From positions 1 through 14,668 of the forward strand of contig CALKTZ010001087.1 of assembly GCA_937997355.1 (NCBI GenBank): a stretch of 14,668 nucleotides of DNA, read 5' to 3'. The DNA comes from an uncultured Planctomycetales bacterium. Lineage in GTDB: Bacteria; Planctomycetota; Planctomycetia; Isosphaerales; Isosphaeraceae. Shown here in pieces: positions 14,506 to 14,668 of the stretch; position 1 is the first letter of the stretch; the number at the start of each line of letters is the position of its first letter. A program made the translations under genes and the position numbers. The notes beneath the pieces are model-generated. The model saw nothing but the letters and a program-made list of their open reading frames with translations, was not told where the DNA came from and did not search any database.

Positions 14506-14668
14506 ATGCCTCGGAAGAAATTCGGACGCAACCGCAAGAATCGTTGCCGCTTTTGCACCCGTGAAGGATGCCCCCGGCCGGCTTACGTCGATTACAAGGA
14601 TATCGGGCTCCTCAAGAAGCTCTGCACCAACCAGAGCAAGATGTTCTCCCGCAAGCGGAGCGGCAATT
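14506..14668 (+). CDS. rpsR: 30S ribosomal protein S18 (bS18), 5' partial (runs off the window end)
   Basis: Translation 'MPRKKFGRNRKNRCRFCTREGCPRPAYVDYKDIGLLKKLCTNQSKMFSRKRSGN' matches S18 conserved blocks (CRFC, DYKD, SRR.TG-like). Absent from the ORF track only because it has no stop codon within the window. Confidence 0.85.
   Translation, partial: MPRKKFGRNRKNRCRFCTREGCPRPAYVDYKDIGLLKKLCTNQSKMFSRKRSGN

Noticed and set aside
14304-14558. 84-aa minus-strand ORF overlapping the rpsR start
   Set aside because: It overlaps the clearly recognisable S18 N-terminus and the structured leader. It is Arg-rich and has a GTG start, so it is most likely spurious.
1-14668. CRISPR arrays, rRNA/tRNA genes, IS elements/transposases, integrases
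   Set aside because: None found. I saw no regularly spaced direct repeats, no tRNA-like cloverleaf candidates beyond the weak one at the window start, and no transposase- or integrase-like translations in any frame of the ORF track.

Overview
This is a high-GC window of planctomycete-like DNA, roughly 65-70% GC, with many PEP-CTERM, ThuA, NPCBM and flotillin-type genes. It is densely coding on both strands. I found no rRNA, tRNA, CRISPR array or recognisable mobile element.

Features in order along the window:
- About 1-285: a low-GC leader or promoter-like stretch.
- 146-2409 (+): a Reg_prop-like beta-propeller repeat gene that looks disrupted. There is a frame change near 700 and an in-frame TAA at 1054-1056 followed by start-less in-frame acidic coding.
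- 4642 down to 2433 (-): a minus-strand operon. A secreted heptaheme c-type cytochrome (7 CXXCH) overlaps a 145-aa ORF that carries an 8th CXXCH and has no signal peptide of its own. I read the two as one octaheme cytochrome split by a 1-nt frame shift. A histidine-bearing 8-TM membrane protein follows.
- 4772-6349 (+): a secreted isochorismatase-like hydrolase fused to CHB_HEX_C-like and NPCBM domains.
- 6387-6415: a GC-rich palindromic hairpin between convergent genes.
- 6426-7343 (-): an N/Q/T-rich hypothetical protein with an Ig-like C-terminus.
- 7590-8201 (-): a CYTH (CyaB/ThTPase-like) protein.
- 8520-10766 (+): an atypically long flotillin/SPFH protein, divergent from CYTH.
- 10790-10820: a perfect 13-bp-stem hairpin between convergent genes.
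- 10834-11823 (-): a Tat-exported ThuA-like protein.
- 11920-12501 (-): a PEP-CTERM protein.
- 14080 down to 12798 (-): an MBL-fold hydrolase followed by a YhbS-like GNAT acetyltransferase.
- About 14225-14306: an AT-rich island, followed by a structured leader with a terminator-like hairpin.
- 14506-14668 (+): the 5' end of ribosomal protein S18 (rpsR).

The parts most worth follow-up are the split octaheme cytochrome with its uncharacterised membrane partner, the structured rpsR leader, and the CYTH-flotillin divergent pair. Gene coordinates follow the supplied ORF table. Coordinates for small motifs were anchored to ORF ends, but allow a few nt of error.
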